Source: the human T2T-CHM13v2.0 reference genome, Homo sapiens | Reading direction: 5' to 3' | Length of the DNA stretch: 64,000 nt | Assembly: GCA_009914755.4 (NCBI GenBank) | Contig: CP068257.2 | Location: forward strand, 23,200,001 to 23,264,000 | Shown: in pieces, positions 12,454 to 25,696 of the stretch | Position numbering within the stretch: the stretch's first letter is position 1 | Layout: every line of letters starts with the position of its first letter | Position numbers and translations under genes: made by a program | The notes under the pieces: generated by a model | Told to the model about the DNA's origin: nothing | What the model saw: the letters and a program-made list of their open reading frames with translations, nothing else | Database searches by the model: none

Positions 12454-13360
12454 TAAACTTCATTTTTAATGGCCCGCATAAGTGACTCTTTCTTCCCAGA
12501 CCATTAAAAATAGTAATAATAGGGAAATAGAAGCAAGAAAGGAGGTCATTCATAAGTTAAAAATTAAATAAAAATGAAATACATCCCTGAAAAAAAAATG
12601 CTGGGAAACACAGAGACTTTGAAGACTAAAAAAAAAACAGCTTCCTCTTTCTCTTGAAGTATTATCTCTTGAATTTGCCTACCATTCATCTGATAGCACC
12701 CAAGGATTTTTTTCTAAAATATGAAAGTTTCAGTAGTATTGAAGCACTACCCTAACTCTCAATGTTTTAGAAAATAAACGAGGATTGATTTCTTCTTCTA
12801 AGTTACCTTAAAAAAAAGAAAAATTGATAAACCAAGAGGATTGAGTTGAGGCATAAAGAGATTTCAAGAAACACTAACTCAGTCTTACCAGAGTCATTAG
12901 CAGATTTCTTCTTTTTTTTTTTTTAATTTGGGTAACTGCTTGTCCCTGGTAGAGTTGGGTACAGCTACATTCTATTGCAACAACAAATGCAAGGACAAAC
13001 ATGGTGATTAAGGTAAAAACATAGAACTCAGAGTTTGCTGGTGCATTGTCTTCACAGAGCAATAGTTACTACAAACCTATCACCATCGGTTATATCATCA
13101 AAAGATCACAAGTGATTACAGGTAAAGTTCTCATCGATAAAGGCAATAACATGAGTTCAAATATGGGTCAGATATCAGAGAGATTCCATATCAACAAAAA
13201 AAAATAATATGTGGTGACTTTAGAATATGATTGCAAATTACTTGACAGTCTTCTCATTAAGACTGTCATCTCCTAAAATCTGGTGGGCTAGTACTATTTC
13301 AACCATTTGAGTATAACTGAAGTTATGCCGGATGATTGTTTTAGTTGACTATGGTATTGC

Positions 13361-13720
13361 CATAATATAATACCACAGAGTGGATGGCTTAAACAACAGA
13401 AATTTATTTTTTCTTTTAGTTCTGGAGGCTAGAACTCCAAAATAAGTTGCCAGCAGATTTGGCTTTTCCAGAGGTTTCTCTCCTTGGTTGCAGACAGCTG
13501 CTTCTTTCTTTCTGTGTCTTTCTTTGGCCTTTCCTTGGTATTTGTCCTTCCCTAGTGTCTCTTCTTCCTATAAAGACATCACTCATAGTGGATTAGGACC
13601 CCACCATTAGGTTCTGGTTTAACCTTAATTACTTCTTTAAAGGTGCTATTTCCAAATGCAGTCATATTGAGTGTTAGGGCTTCAACATATAAATTGGTTG
13701 GGGGCAGAGAGGTGCACTTC
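13361..13720 (+). mobile_element. MaLR LTR, MLT1-like (solo)
   Basis: '...ataccacagagtggatggcttaaacaacagaaatttattttttcttttagttctggaggctagaactccaaaataagttgccagcag...ggttctggtttaaccttaattacttc...ttcaacatataaattggttggggg' follows the MLT1 consensus (...cttaaacaacagaaatttatttctcacagttctggaggctgggaagtccaagatcaaggtgccagcag...tttcaacatatgaattttgggg). The subfamily name is from memory. Confidence 0.65.
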
Positions 13721-14586
13721 AGCTCTTAACAATGACTTTTGAAGCTAGGTTATAACAGATTGCACGACCTCCAATTTTAATGCTGGAAAATTTAATTTCA
13801 TAGCCTTGAGTTGTCATTTAAAATATTAAAGTACCTTGAGACTACATGCTGTGAAAAAACAAAAGTTGTCTGTGGGGGGCAATGCAGAGAGCAGCCATTC
13901 CATGTTTTAAATGAGACTTGAAGTATACATACAGATACATAGATAGGTTCCATGGATGTGAATATGTTGCATCATCAAGTTATTGACTTTTTACTTTCTA
14001 CCCCTTGGGACTATAGTTGCAGTGTCTGGATCAGAGAATAATGTAATATTGAATTTGAAAGTGAATGTACGAAGAAATGAACATGTGAATGCTGGAATGT
14101 CCCAAGACTTGGTTCTCAGTCTCTTCTCAATGTACAAGTGTATCTCATTATTATTCCCAGTTATTTAAGTTGTGGCAGATTACATAACTGGAGGCAATTA
14201 AGCCAAATTTGAACACATCTGTAGGATCTCAAAGCTCACTGTCTAATGCATGTATCGATAATCTCTCATTTTCAAGTATATCTCCAAATGGACATATAAA
14301 AATAATATATTTATGTAACTACTGTAAAATATATGTGACTTTTGGAAGCAATAAGGATGATCAGAAAACACAGCTTCAAGTAGCTCCAATTGCAAGCTTT
14401 ACCACATATGATCTTTGTGGCTTTGAGCTTCTACAGACATTGCTTCTTTAATAGGCAAAATGAGACTATTAATACCTTCCTGGAAGATTGGTTAAAAAAG
14501 TTAAATGATAAACGGATTCAATATATGAGAAAACATCCTAGAGTGTGTTAAGTACCATGCACATACACTATATTTTTATTATTTTA

Positions 14587-14997
<411 letters not shown>

Positions 14998-16030
14998 TCA
15001 ACACACCTTGAAAGGTATACATGATTTATGTAGCATGCTTCCTACTTGATTAAAATTTAATTAATCAGAAATAATGAAAAACATTTCATATAATGTATAT
15101 ATGCTATATGTAACATATAGCATTTTTGTTGTAACATTTATATTTATTGAAGAAATATAATTTGAACTAACTTCAAAAGTATTTTAAGTTGCTAAGGTAT
15201 TTCTTCATTATTTAAATGTATAGGAACCACAGAAAAAATATTGGATAGTATGTTGTTTGGCTTGCTTTAATCTTTGTGAAAATTCCCAGGTATTCTTTTT
15301 TAATATGGCTAGGTTTGATTATTTTGCTTGCAAAATTTTTTCATTATAATCAGTTCCACCTTTTCTGTATCCTGACATATGGTAAATAAAATATTGTTTT
15401 TACCAAAATAGGCATATAAAATAGATATAAAAGAGTAAAGACTAGTAACATAATTGTCTTTCTCTCCAATTAAAATTTGTAAAATTAAATCATCATAGAA
15501 TTTCTAAGCACAAGCTCATATTTCATTTATTTTATGAATTACAATTTACGGAGTACTATACATGTGCAACTTTGCCTATTTAAAAGCAGGTGATTTCTAT
15601 GCGCTGTCATATTAAAATTCATATTTCTTAACCTCATTTAATAAAAAGCATTCTATGTGATGTAAGTGAATCTTTAAATAGCACAACATATTACAAGGTT
15701 ACCAATGCCAAACATTTAGGGTCAGGAGTGCAACACAACATTTCCTGATGGAATAAAGTAAGAGAAAAGTCTTCTTTTATTTTCTATCTCTGTATTTTTT
15801 TAAATCTAGAATAAGGATTTATTTTATTCCTTAACACTCATTAAGAATAATGGGCTTAGCCAAAATTGCAAGAACATAAAGGAGTCAAAATTAGTTACAT
15901 GTAAAGCATTCATCTTCCTTAAAACACTTTCAGAAGGTCAATTTCAATCTATAAAAACCAGTTAAAGATTATTCAACTATGTATAACGACTTACCCTAGA
16001 GATCAATTCACTTAAAAAAAATTGTCTTTT

Positions 16031-16193
16031 GCCGGGAACAGTGGCAACACATGTAATCCTAGCACATTGGGAAGCCAAGGTAGGAGGATTACTTGAGGCC
16101 AGGAATTTGAAACCAGCCTAGGCAACAAAGCAAGACCCTGTCACTAAAAAAAAGAAAAGAAAAGAAGAAAAGAATGAAGAAGAAAGGTTTTTT
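16031..16193 (+). mobile_element. Free Alu monomer (FLAM/FRAM-like) with A-rich tail
   Basis: 'gccgggaacagtggcaacacatgtaatcctagcacattgggaagccaaggtaggaggattacttgaggccaggaatttgaaaccagcctaggcaacaaagcaagaccctgtcactaaaaaaaagaaaag...' is a single-monomer-length Alu-like unit. Confidence 0.7.
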
Positions 16194-16486
16194 GACCCAT
16201 ATGGGCATTTCAAAGTCTTAATACTTCCAAATCTGGCTCACAAATAATGATTTGTTTACATATATATGAAAAGTCAATATAATATGTAAATTTATATATA
16301 ATATTAAAGGAACTTGAAATGTACAATGTTTGCTGTAATTATATTTATGTTTTCTTAACAGTTCTTCTCTTGTACCTCAGTTATATCCAAATATTCAGCC
16401 TACACAGGACCTTTCTTAATTTTACCTTCCTTGAACACAACTACTCAACAGCAGCTTGTTTTAAATAAGCAGCCAAATGCACAATT

Positions 16487-16788
16487 ATTTTTCTTTTTTC
16501 TTTTTTTCAGACAGGGTGTCGTCTTTGTCACCCAGGCTGAAGTGCGTAGTGTGATCAGGGCTTACTGCAGCCTTGACTTCCTGGGCTCAGATCATCCTCC
16601 CACCTCAGCCTCCCAAGTAGCTGGGACTACAAGCATGTGCCACCACACCCAGCTAGTTTTTGTATTTTTAGTAGAGATGAGGTTTCACCATGTTGCCCAG
16701 GCTGGCTTTAAAGTCCTGAGCTCAAGCATTCTGTCTGCCTCAGCATCCCAAAGTGATGGGATTACAGGCATGAGCTACCATGCCCAGC
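16487..16788 (-). mobile_element. Alu (older, AluJ/S-like), antisense
   Basis: 'tttttcttttttctttttttcagacagggtgtcgtctttgtcacccaggctgaagtgcgtagtgtgatcagggcttactgcagccttgacttcctgggctcagatcatcctcccacctcagcctcccaagtagctgggactacaagcatgtgccaccacacccagctagtttttgtatttttagtagagatgaggtttcaccatgttgcccaggctgg...gattacaggcatgagctaccatgcccagcc'. Confidence 0.9.
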
Positions 16789-17021
16789 CAAAATTTTTTT
16801 CTAAATGTTCATATATTATTGCCTAAGGCAATTAGCATACTTGCACGTGTGTGTGTAGATATATATGCATAAAATTATATTTCCGTGAATATTTATGGAG
16901 TGACAAGTTTCTGCTAAAATCTCAACTAGTTGTTGGGTATAAGTGATCACTATTCCCATAGCCAGAAAACTAACAATGAGGAGGCTCTCATTGAAAATAT
17001 AGTCTAATATAGATGTACGTA

Positions 17022-17185
17022 TGTGTGTGTGCATGTATATATTTTTTTCTGGGAGCTAGAAGTATTACAAATATATATATATATATGATCACACACACAT
17101 ACATACATCTATATGTGCACACACACATACATACATCTATATTAGATGCATATATATATATATATATACACTCACATAAATATAC
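17022..17185. repeat. Compound simple repeat with (TG)n, (TA)n and (CATA)n-like tracts, including a duplicated 22-mer
   Basis: 'atgtgtgtgtgcatgtatatatttttt...atatatatatatatatgatcacacacacatacatacatctatatgtgcacacacacatacatacatctatattagatgcatatatatatatatatatacactcacataaatatac'. 'cacacacatacatacatctata' occurs twice. A smaller (TG)n(TA)n tract lies at 16847-16870. Confidence 0.85.
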
Positions 17186-18175
17186 TAGTGTTCACCAGTC
17201 GTTGTCAAAATTATTTGCAATACTGTCTTCTTCCAGCCTCAGGGTCTCTGCATAGAAAGTTCCTGAGGGCTATTGTTATACCTTCTCCCTGCCCTTATCT
17301 CTTGCTTATCCTGACCCCTTCAAGTCATAGCTCGGCAACCACCTCCTTAAGACATCCTCCTATGACTCTACAGGGTATTGAAAATCACTTAACTAAGTAT
17401 TTCTTATCACATCTATAATTATATGCTTATTTGTCTGATGAATACATAAGGCATTAACTATTCAACTATTATCAGATTTTTCAAGAACTATGACAATTAG
17501 CATTTAATGAATGATTACATGTATAATGGCTTAATGCATCATTTGCTTTAATCCTCACAATGACACACCTAGGATCTGCAGAGCTAGAATTGGAACTGAA
17601 ACAGTGTCAGTCTGGAAATCACAATTCTGTATTTCTGAAAAACTTTCTTTTTTGTGAAGACATTTGTTTACATCACTGGGAAGCTATTAGTAGGGCATTA
17701 GAAGGAAACAGATTTTTTTTCAGTATAAAATATGTTTCATGTCACTCATGTATAAAGTGACGGTAGCATCCTTAAATCCCCAGGTTCTGAGTACACAGTT
17801 CCTAAGCTGATAATTGTCTGCTTTAGTTGAATATTTCTCGCGTTTTTAAAATCTCATACATAGAGAATAGATCTGTTCATTCTTCATGAGAGTAATAGCT
17901 TGTGTCTAGTTTGCTTTGTGTCACTATCTTTATCTTTTACTCTGTTTATGACACCTTCTTTGTGCCTTTTTGCCAGAGAAGCTTCTTGTTCTTCTGCTAA
18001 TTCTGTCAGCTGGGCTGATCAAATGATAATATTTGGCTAGTTCATGGCTCATTTGAAGAAGTGTTTCCTTTTTTCCCACATAGCATTTTCTTAAAAAAGA
18101 ACTTCTTGAGAATATTTTCACTGCTTGAACCTTGAAAGCCTGACTCACCACATGTGAGACAATTAAAAGTTATTA

Positions 18176-18562
18176 TTAAGAAAATGTGGTACATATACAC
18201 CATGGAATACTATGCAGCCATGGAAAAGAATGAGATCATGTCCTTTGCATGGGAGCTGGAGGCCATTGTCGTTGGCAAACTAACATAGAAACAGAAAACC
18301 AAATACCACATGTTATCACTTACAAGTGAGAGCTAAATGATGAAAACACATGAACACAGAGAGGGCAACAACACATACTGGGGCCTGTCAGAGGATGAGG
18401 GTAGGTGGAGGGAAAGGATCAGGAACTAATAAGTAATGGGTACTAGGCTTCATACCTTGGTGTTGAAATAATCTGTACAACAAACCCCAATGACAGAAGT
18501 TTACCTATGTAACAAACTTGCACATGTACCCCTGAACTTAAAATAAAAGTTAAAAAAGTTAT
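18176..18562 (+). mobile_element. L1 3' end fragment (older L1P/L1M), sense
   Basis: 'aagaaaatgtggtacatatacaccatggaatactatgcagccatggaaaagaatgagatcatgtcctttgcatgggagctggaggccattgtc...ccacatgttatcacttacaagtgagagctaaatgatgaaaacacatgaacacagagagggcaacaacacatactggggcctgtcagagg...ctatgtaacaaacttgcacatgtacccctgaacttaaaataaaagttaaaaaa'. Confidence 0.8.
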
Positions 18563-20349
18563 ATAAATTTACCATTCACAGCCATTTCATAGGTTTAAAA
18601 ACATCACTCTTCAAACACAATTTTATTAAAAATTCTTGAATGACAATTTTTAGAAGTTCATGATTTATATCTCAGGTGCGAGAAACAAAACCCAAATAAA
18701 AGTGAACTAAAATTTAGAAAATATTCATTATGTCACTTAAGTTTTTAGATAGATAAATCACAGAGCTGTTCAATTTATTGTCTTAGTGACATTTTTAAAA
18801 AGTGGCTTTTCACCTTTCTGTCATCTTCAGTAAATTGGCTTAGTTCTCCTCATGAAGCTGGCCAGCATAATTCCACAATTTGCATTCATAACAGCCAACT
18901 TTGAACCGTAAAATGTCACTGAGTCTTCCTATAAATATTCTTTGATTAGCCAGAAGACCATCTCAGAAGCATCCAGTGGACTTTCTCTCTTGCTCCACTA
19001 GCTGGAAACCAAAATCATTCTCACTCCTAACTAATAATAACAAAGGAAATTAGATCATTAGGATATGTTCAAGCTTTACTAAAGACAAGAGGGCTACGTC
19101 CTCTTCTTTAAATAAACTAGGGATGAAGAGACAAAAAGGAATTTTGCCTCAAGGGATATAGGGCATAAATGGTTTTTTGGAAGGCAACCAAAAGTATACC
19201 CTAAGGTTTTTTTCAATATTTTACTGTTAAAATAATCTTCAAAAATATATGAAAATGGGTGACACATGGAGTTTTATTGTTTTGTCTTCAAATCAAAAAT
19301 GATTATAAAGCAATTGATCATAGTAATATAGTTAAACTTTAGCTATTAACCATTTTAAAAGTAGTCAAATGAAAGTAAAACCTAACTCATTTATCATCAA
19401 ACATTGAGCTGGTTGAATGTGCCAGATACTCTCAAAGTGTGAAATACTCTGACACAGAGGAATAAAACCCAGCCCCAAACCTCATGGTGGGAGCTGGCAT
19501 CATATAATAAAAGCCTCTTCAGGCAAAAATTACGTGACAGAACCAAAGAATGCTTTTTGGAAGAGGTGATATTGTAAAAGCAATGAAAGCCAAGACTTTA
19601 ATTTAAAAAAAAATGTATTCTGCCAACTAAGGAAAAAAAAAAAAGGTTCTCATTATCTAAACATTGAAGTGGAAAAAGTGTTTTGAGTCCCCAAAAGACT
19701 AAAGTTCTGATATTGTTATCACCAGATATTAAATTCATATTTATCATCCCATTCAGCAGATGAACTTAATTAGGCACTTAGAAGATGTATGGTAAAATGG
19801 GTATAATATAACAATCCAAATCAACATGGAACAAAATTAGAATTTGTGGGAAAAAGATCTAGATAATCAGACCTAATTTAAACCTGACTTAATAAATAAA
19901 GCTCGCAAACATCCCTTATATCTACATTTTAGTTCTAGAATCTATTAGGTTTGTCATGAGCACAGTGGAATATTTTGTTTGAGCACCTGAAAGCTGAAAT
20001 GTTTCATATGTGCCCTCTTTAAGAGACATCAGATTATGCATGAGACAAAATTAAATGGTGAAAAGATACAACAAACAAACCAAACATTTCCAAAACAGTC
20101 TTTTTCTTCAAAAGCTTGTATACATCTTTGTGTCAGATAACCTGTCACTAAGACTGTATTAGGAATTTAAAATGCCTGTAACAAGGAGGAGTGCTGCAGA
20201 CCTACATAAAAAATTCAAAGTTGATGTAAATATTTTCCTGGGAACTAGAAGTATTACAAATATAAATAAAAAATATTTTAATTACAAAGTTTAGAGTATT
20301 TGTTCTGTTAAAATACCATAAAATACACATTGTTATGTATTCTTAGTTT

Positions 20350-20716
20350 AGTATGTGCTGTGGACTGAATATATGCATCTCCCTCAAATTGATACATTGA
20401 AATCTTAACTTTCGATATGATGGTATAGAAGTGAGGTCTTTAGGAGGTCACAAGTTCATTAGGAAGGAATCCTCATGAATGAGATTAAAGTCCTCATAAA
20501 AGAAAACAGAGGGAGACCCCTCACCCCTTTCTCCAAGTGAGGTTACAGTGAGAACATAGCTGTCTATGAGGAAACAGGGCACCACCAGACACTGTATCTG
20601 CCATTGCTGTGATTGTGGACTTCCCAGGCTCCAGAATTGTGAGAAATAAATTTCTGTTGTATATAATCTATTCAGTTTATAGTATTTTATTATAATAGCC
20701 TAAGCAATCTAAGACA
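20350..20716 (-). mobile_element. MaLR LTR, MLT1-like (solo), antisense
   Basis: '...ccctcaaattgatacattgaaatcttaactttcgatatgatggtatagaagtgaggtctttaggaggtcacaagttcattaggaagg...gaacatagctgtctatgaggaaacagggcaccaccagacactgtatctgccattgctgtgattgtggacttcccaggctccagaattgtgagaaataaatttctgttgtatataatctattcagtttatagtattttattataatagcctaag' follows the reverse complement of the MLT1 consensus. Confidence 0.65.
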
Positions 20717-20904
20717 GTATGACTGTTGAAAAGTAGGAATGAGAAATGGGACTGTCAAAACAAGTTAGTTGTCCATTCTCAGACACACTGAGTTGACTTT
20801 CGATGTGTTGTAATGTAAACCGTCCAGAGCATATCCCTAAGCAGTGGAATAATATCACAGATTTTATGTTCTACAATCCCTCACTGATGAAAAATCTACC
20901 TTTT

Positions 20905-20936
20905 TGTGTGTGTATGTTTGTTTGTTTGTTTGTTTA
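20905..20936. repeat. (TG)n followed by (TTTG)n microsatellite
   Basis: 'tgtgtgtgtatgtttgtttgtttgtttgtttatc'. Confidence 0.8.
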
Positions 20937-23829
20937 TCTAAAGGCCAAATAAATAAGTCATAGTCCACCTATTTTTCTGCCCCCGTCCTATAAGTGATCA
21001 GACTCAAACTTACGGAAAGAAACTCTAATGGTCTCATTTGTTTTTAGAGCTGGTACTGAGCTCATTTATTTTATTTATTTTACTTAAATAAATGGAAATA
21101 CTGGTGTCTATTTAAAGCACAACTGGACAAACCTCTGGAAACATTTTCTTGTTACTCCAAAAATGTACAATAAAACACTATAATACAAAATGCATTATTA
21201 ATAACACACAGATGTCCTGAATATTTCCTTTAGAGTTTTCAATTAATGTACCGTGGTTTCAAGTTGCAATTATTGTACAGTGCAGAGTGAAGGGAATGCT
21301 CATTGTGATCAGTTCTTTCTCTGTTCTTTAGTCAAAGGCAAAGCACTCTGTAATAAAAGCAACAATATTTCCTTAAATTTGATGTGAGTGTTGGGTCTAG
21401 GGACAATTATAAATTCAATTTGAAAAGGCATATTCTTTAATATCTGGTATTTAATGACTGGAACTATTTCTGTCCGGTGTACAATAAATGACATTTCATG
21501 CTAACCAAATGTCTGAGTTTTCTTTTTGTTAACATTGGTCAATATAGAGCTGTTTTTAATAATAAATGTAGTTTATGACCCCTCATAATTTTACCTATAA
21601 CCCTTAGGTTTTAAAAAGGTAAGGTTAAATTCAGAATATTTTAATATTTTTATAATTATTCTGTTTTTTACTACATGTAAAATACATTGTATACAATTGT
21701 ATAAAACATAATCTAAGAAACTGAACATCCAACAGATTTCCCTTCTTCTTATTTTACAGGTTTTGTTTTGTTAACGTTGGTTCCTGCAAAATCTATATTT
21801 TGAAATGCTTTATTTAATACTTTGGGTTCTTGGGCCAAACTAAAACTGAAATAGCTTCTTTTAAAATACATTTTATTGCAATATAATATTATATTGAAAA
21901 TATGATCACATAGAAATATGGAGAGCTTCCCAATTTATTTAATGGGCTAGTATAAGTCCAATATTAAAAAACAGCTGGCTCAAAAATGAAAAGTAAGAAG
22001 GATATAACTTTCTTATTGTATATTTGCAAATAGAATTTATCACTGTGTTAAAAAGATTACTGTGCCATTAGGGTTTCTAATGTAAAATGGTAATTTCACA
22101 TTAGAAAACTTATTATCTAACTCAGTAGATTTTAAGGAAAAATCTATTAATCTTTTGGGGTTACAAAAGCCAATAGAAGCAACAAAAAAATAAAGTTTGA
22201 TGCATCTTCACAATAAAATTACTTGTGGATTTGAAATAGAACAAAATTTCTTTATCTTCATATGTTTGAAAAGATATATTAATAAAAGCCCTAAATTAAA
22301 CATGATCATTAATATTGAATATGCTAAATGTCCCCATTGAAAATAGAAAGAAGCATGAGGGCTCATTGTCACATAAACTATTTATCTTTTACTGAATCTT
22401 AATCAACACAATCCATAAAGGCAGTAAAACATAAACAACATATTGCAAAAGAAAAACAAACCCTTATTATTTCCAAACTGTACTATTTCCAAGCAAGATA
22501 AAACCCAAATAGTAAAAAACAAAAAACAGAATAGTTTAGCAAGACGACTAAGTAAAAAATCAATTTACAAGAAAACAATTGCCTTACCCTCTATGAGAAA
22601 TGGCATTTAGAACAAAATAAGTACAATGACTTAATTTGCAATGGCAGCATGATCAAAACATACCCAGGAATATGCTTGTCAAGATTTGCGAATTTTTTAA
22701 AGGACATAATAACAGCCATCAATTATATTCTGTGAGGTGGAAGAGGTGTTATGCTATTCAGAAAAGGGCTTTAGTCCCAGTTGTTTGGAGAGCTCTAGGC
22801 AGCTTTCAGCTGTCAGGTGCCTCAGCTAGAGAGAAACAGCTTATTAAAAGTCCTGCCTTTTACAGAGTGGCCCATATCAAATTGCTGATTGATAGAGGCA
22901 TTGGTAAAAACACTTAGCTATTTTAGACCACTATGGGACAATATGGTGGGTGGTTGGTTTTAACTCCAGAGTTCCCAGTGCACTTTGCCAAAGTTTTCAT
23001 GGAGTCTGTATGAGAGCTTGATTTCTCCTTCTGCCTAATCCTGATTTTTTATCCTCCCTTCCACATGTTCATATCCCAAAGGCGCTATCTAATAAAGTAT
23101 CCTGCACACTACTTACCACCTCGGTTGGTGTCTTCTTCCTAGAGAATCCAACTTGCAATACTGGGTGCCAAGAGTGGTCCAAGATATCAGGCAGTAAGAT
23201 AAAGTTTTAGACCTGAATTGTGATGACTAGTTGGTAAGAAGACTTCCATCAATGCTAGTAGGTAGAGCACAAATAGCCCTGGTAAAGGGTGAATTTCCAG
23301 TTGTTCAGGTGGTGATTTAAGTTGGCATGGGTCGAAAAAAATCTACTAGCCAGGAATTGGGTATGTTTGGCTAACCTCTGGTGAGTACTCTGGAACAATG
23401 GTTCTCAGAGTTTGAACCTGGAAATTTGTAAGAAATGCCAATAATCAAGTCTCACATTAAACACACTAACTTAACAGCTATGGAGGTGGGGCCCTGTGGT
23501 CCATGTTAGAGAAATGCCTACCAGATTATTCTGATATACTGCTTTATATGGCAATTAACAGGCATTTGAATGTCAATTTTACAAACTAGAAGTAACCTAA
23601 AATGAATCTATTATCTCCTGGAGCAGAAGAGCAGAAAAAGTAGACGCCAAGGCCCATGATTTTTTTGTCAATACAGACAGGAGAGCTAAACTCTAAGTTT
23701 AAGTAGTCATGCGGCTACAATGTCTAAATCTAGTCTGGAATGGAGACTTCTTGGCTGATGTTCCTGAAAACATTAAAACTTTATATTCCTGCCAATCTTC
23801 TGAGGCTGTAGAAGTGGCACATTTTTTTT

Positions 23830-24045
23830 AAACTTTTACTTTAAGTTCAGGTGTACATGTGCATGTTTGTTACAGAGGTAAACTTGGGTCATGGGGATTT
23901 AGGTAGTAAACCCATGGGGGAATTAGGTAGTAAGGCTAATTCCCATTAGTTATTTTTCCTAATCCTCTCCCTCCTCACACCCTCCACCCTCCGATAGACC
24001 CCAGTGTATGTCATTCCCCTCCATGTGTCCATGTGTTCTCGTTTC
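23830..24045 (-). mobile_element. L1 fragment (ORF2 3'-proximal region), antisense
   Basis: 'tttactttaagttcaggtgtacatgtgcatgtttgttacagaggtaaacttgggtcatgggg...ccccagtgtatgtcattcccctccatgtgtccatgtgttctcgtttc' matches the L1 antisense region that in consensus reads 'ttactttaagttctgggatacatgtgcagaa...ccccagtgtgtgatgttcccctccctgtgtccatgtgttctcattgttc'. It contains a short internal duplication 'gggg(g)atttaggtagtaa'. Confidence 0.75.
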
Positions 24046-25140
24046 TATTAAGGATTAGCATCTGCTTGTCAAGAACACAAGACAAGGAAGACAAAGTTCT
24101 GAAAAATACACCAATAAAGGAACAATGAGCCATTTTAAGATTCAGATAATTTATTATTTCCATAGACAGTGAAGGAAAGAGTGCCCAAAGGTGCTAGCTT
24201 CCCAGGGCGCTTGTACAAGACAACACTAAGGTAAAAGGGGAGAAAAATTCAACATGGGTGATAGAATGCCATTTGCTGAGGCCATTCTAGACTGCAACCA
24301 ACTTGTTTCATGGCCTGCAAGCTGCATCTCAAGAGGGACAGTAGAAATCTTCATGCTTCATCAGAAAATGGGAGGCAATGAAAACATCTCTCATGATCAT
24401 CTCTTTGGTAAATGGGGGAAGCAAGTGAGAAAATGGCCTTGTGGAAGCTTCTTATAAGCCTCACGTGCTCTTATGTTCCAAGAGAATCACAAGGTTTCAC
24501 ACCAAAACTCAGATCAGTGGTGGCTCAAGCCTTTTCCATGTGGCCTACATGGATACACACAAGACCATTGAGTGCTGTCATGGAGTTCTCACCCGCATCA
24601 CTGCCACTCCTTGTTGAAGACAATGCAAAGGCTTCTGCCTAGCAAGCCAATATGTACCCCCACCCTGAATCAAGATCCCACCCTGAATCCTGCTATTAGC
24701 CCTATTCCTTGGGTTAAGTAACAGCAAGACCAAGTTAGGGACATGGTCTCCCTCACGCCCTCTCCATAGGTATTGATCCCCAAAGTACTCCAAATTCAAT
24801 ATTCTGTATGTTGAACACTGTCTTAGGGTCTGCTTCATGGAGACTCAACTTTTGCCAGCAAGAGAACTATGAATCCAGTACATATTCTATTTATTCCCTG
24901 ATACATCTTTTGTACATAAACTCACGGAGATTTTAACTAGTCATAGTTGTAAAACTAGTAAATGATAAAGAAGTACAGACATTATGGAGTGGCTGCTTTT
25001 AACCACAATGCTAAAATGCCTCACTCTCTGAAAGATCTGTACATCAAAAAGGGTGAATTTTACTCAATAAAAATTTTACCTTAAGAAACAAAGAATGATA
25101 CTAAGTTAGTAAAGACATGAAACTAGTCTAACTGCTCTTC

Positions 25141-25696
25141 AATGGATGACTGAATAATGGAAATATGGTGCACATATACACAACAGAATATCATTCAGCC
25201 TTTAAAAAGAAGAAATTCTTACCATTTGCAGCAACATGGATGAACTTGGAGGACATGATGCTAAGTGTACTAAGCCAAGCATAGAAAAACAAATGCCACA
25301 TGATCTAACTTATATGAAGAATCCAAAAGAGTTGAACTCACAGAAACAATGAGTAGAATGGTGGTTGCTGGGGCTGCTGGTTGGGGGAAATGGAAGATGT
25401 TGGCCAAAGGATACACAATTTCTGTTATAAAATTAATACATTCTGGCAACCTAATGTTCAGCATACTGTCTATAGCTAAAATAATGTATTGTACACTTGA
25501 AATTTGGTAAGAAAGTAGATCTTAAATGTTCTTACTACAAAAAATAGTAACTGTGAGGTGATTGGATATGTTAATTAGGTTGGTTGGGGTCACAATTTCA
25601 CAATGTATACATATATTAAATTGTCATGCTGCATACCTTAAATATATATAACTTTTATTTGTCATTAATATCTCAGTAAAGCTGAAAAAATAAAAT
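25141..25696 (+). mobile_element. L1M-type (ancient L1) 3' end with ORF2 C-terminus and 3' UTR
   Basis: 'aatggatgactgaataatggaaatatggtgcacatatacacaacagaatatcattcagcctttaaaaagaagaaattcttaccatttgcagcaacatggatgaacttggaggacatgatgctaagtg...ggtggttgctggggctg...taaatatatataacttttatttgtcattaatatctcagtaaagctgaaaaaa' is an L1M-type 3' end ('ggaatactactcagccataaaaaagaatgaaat...ccatttgcaacaacatggatgg...ggtggttgccagagg...'). Confidence 0.7.

Noticed and set aside
22636-22917. 93-aa ORF in apparently unique DNA
   Set aside because: No recognisable protein motif. The length is within the chance expectation for 64 kb across six frames, and there is no upstream promoter or CpG signal.
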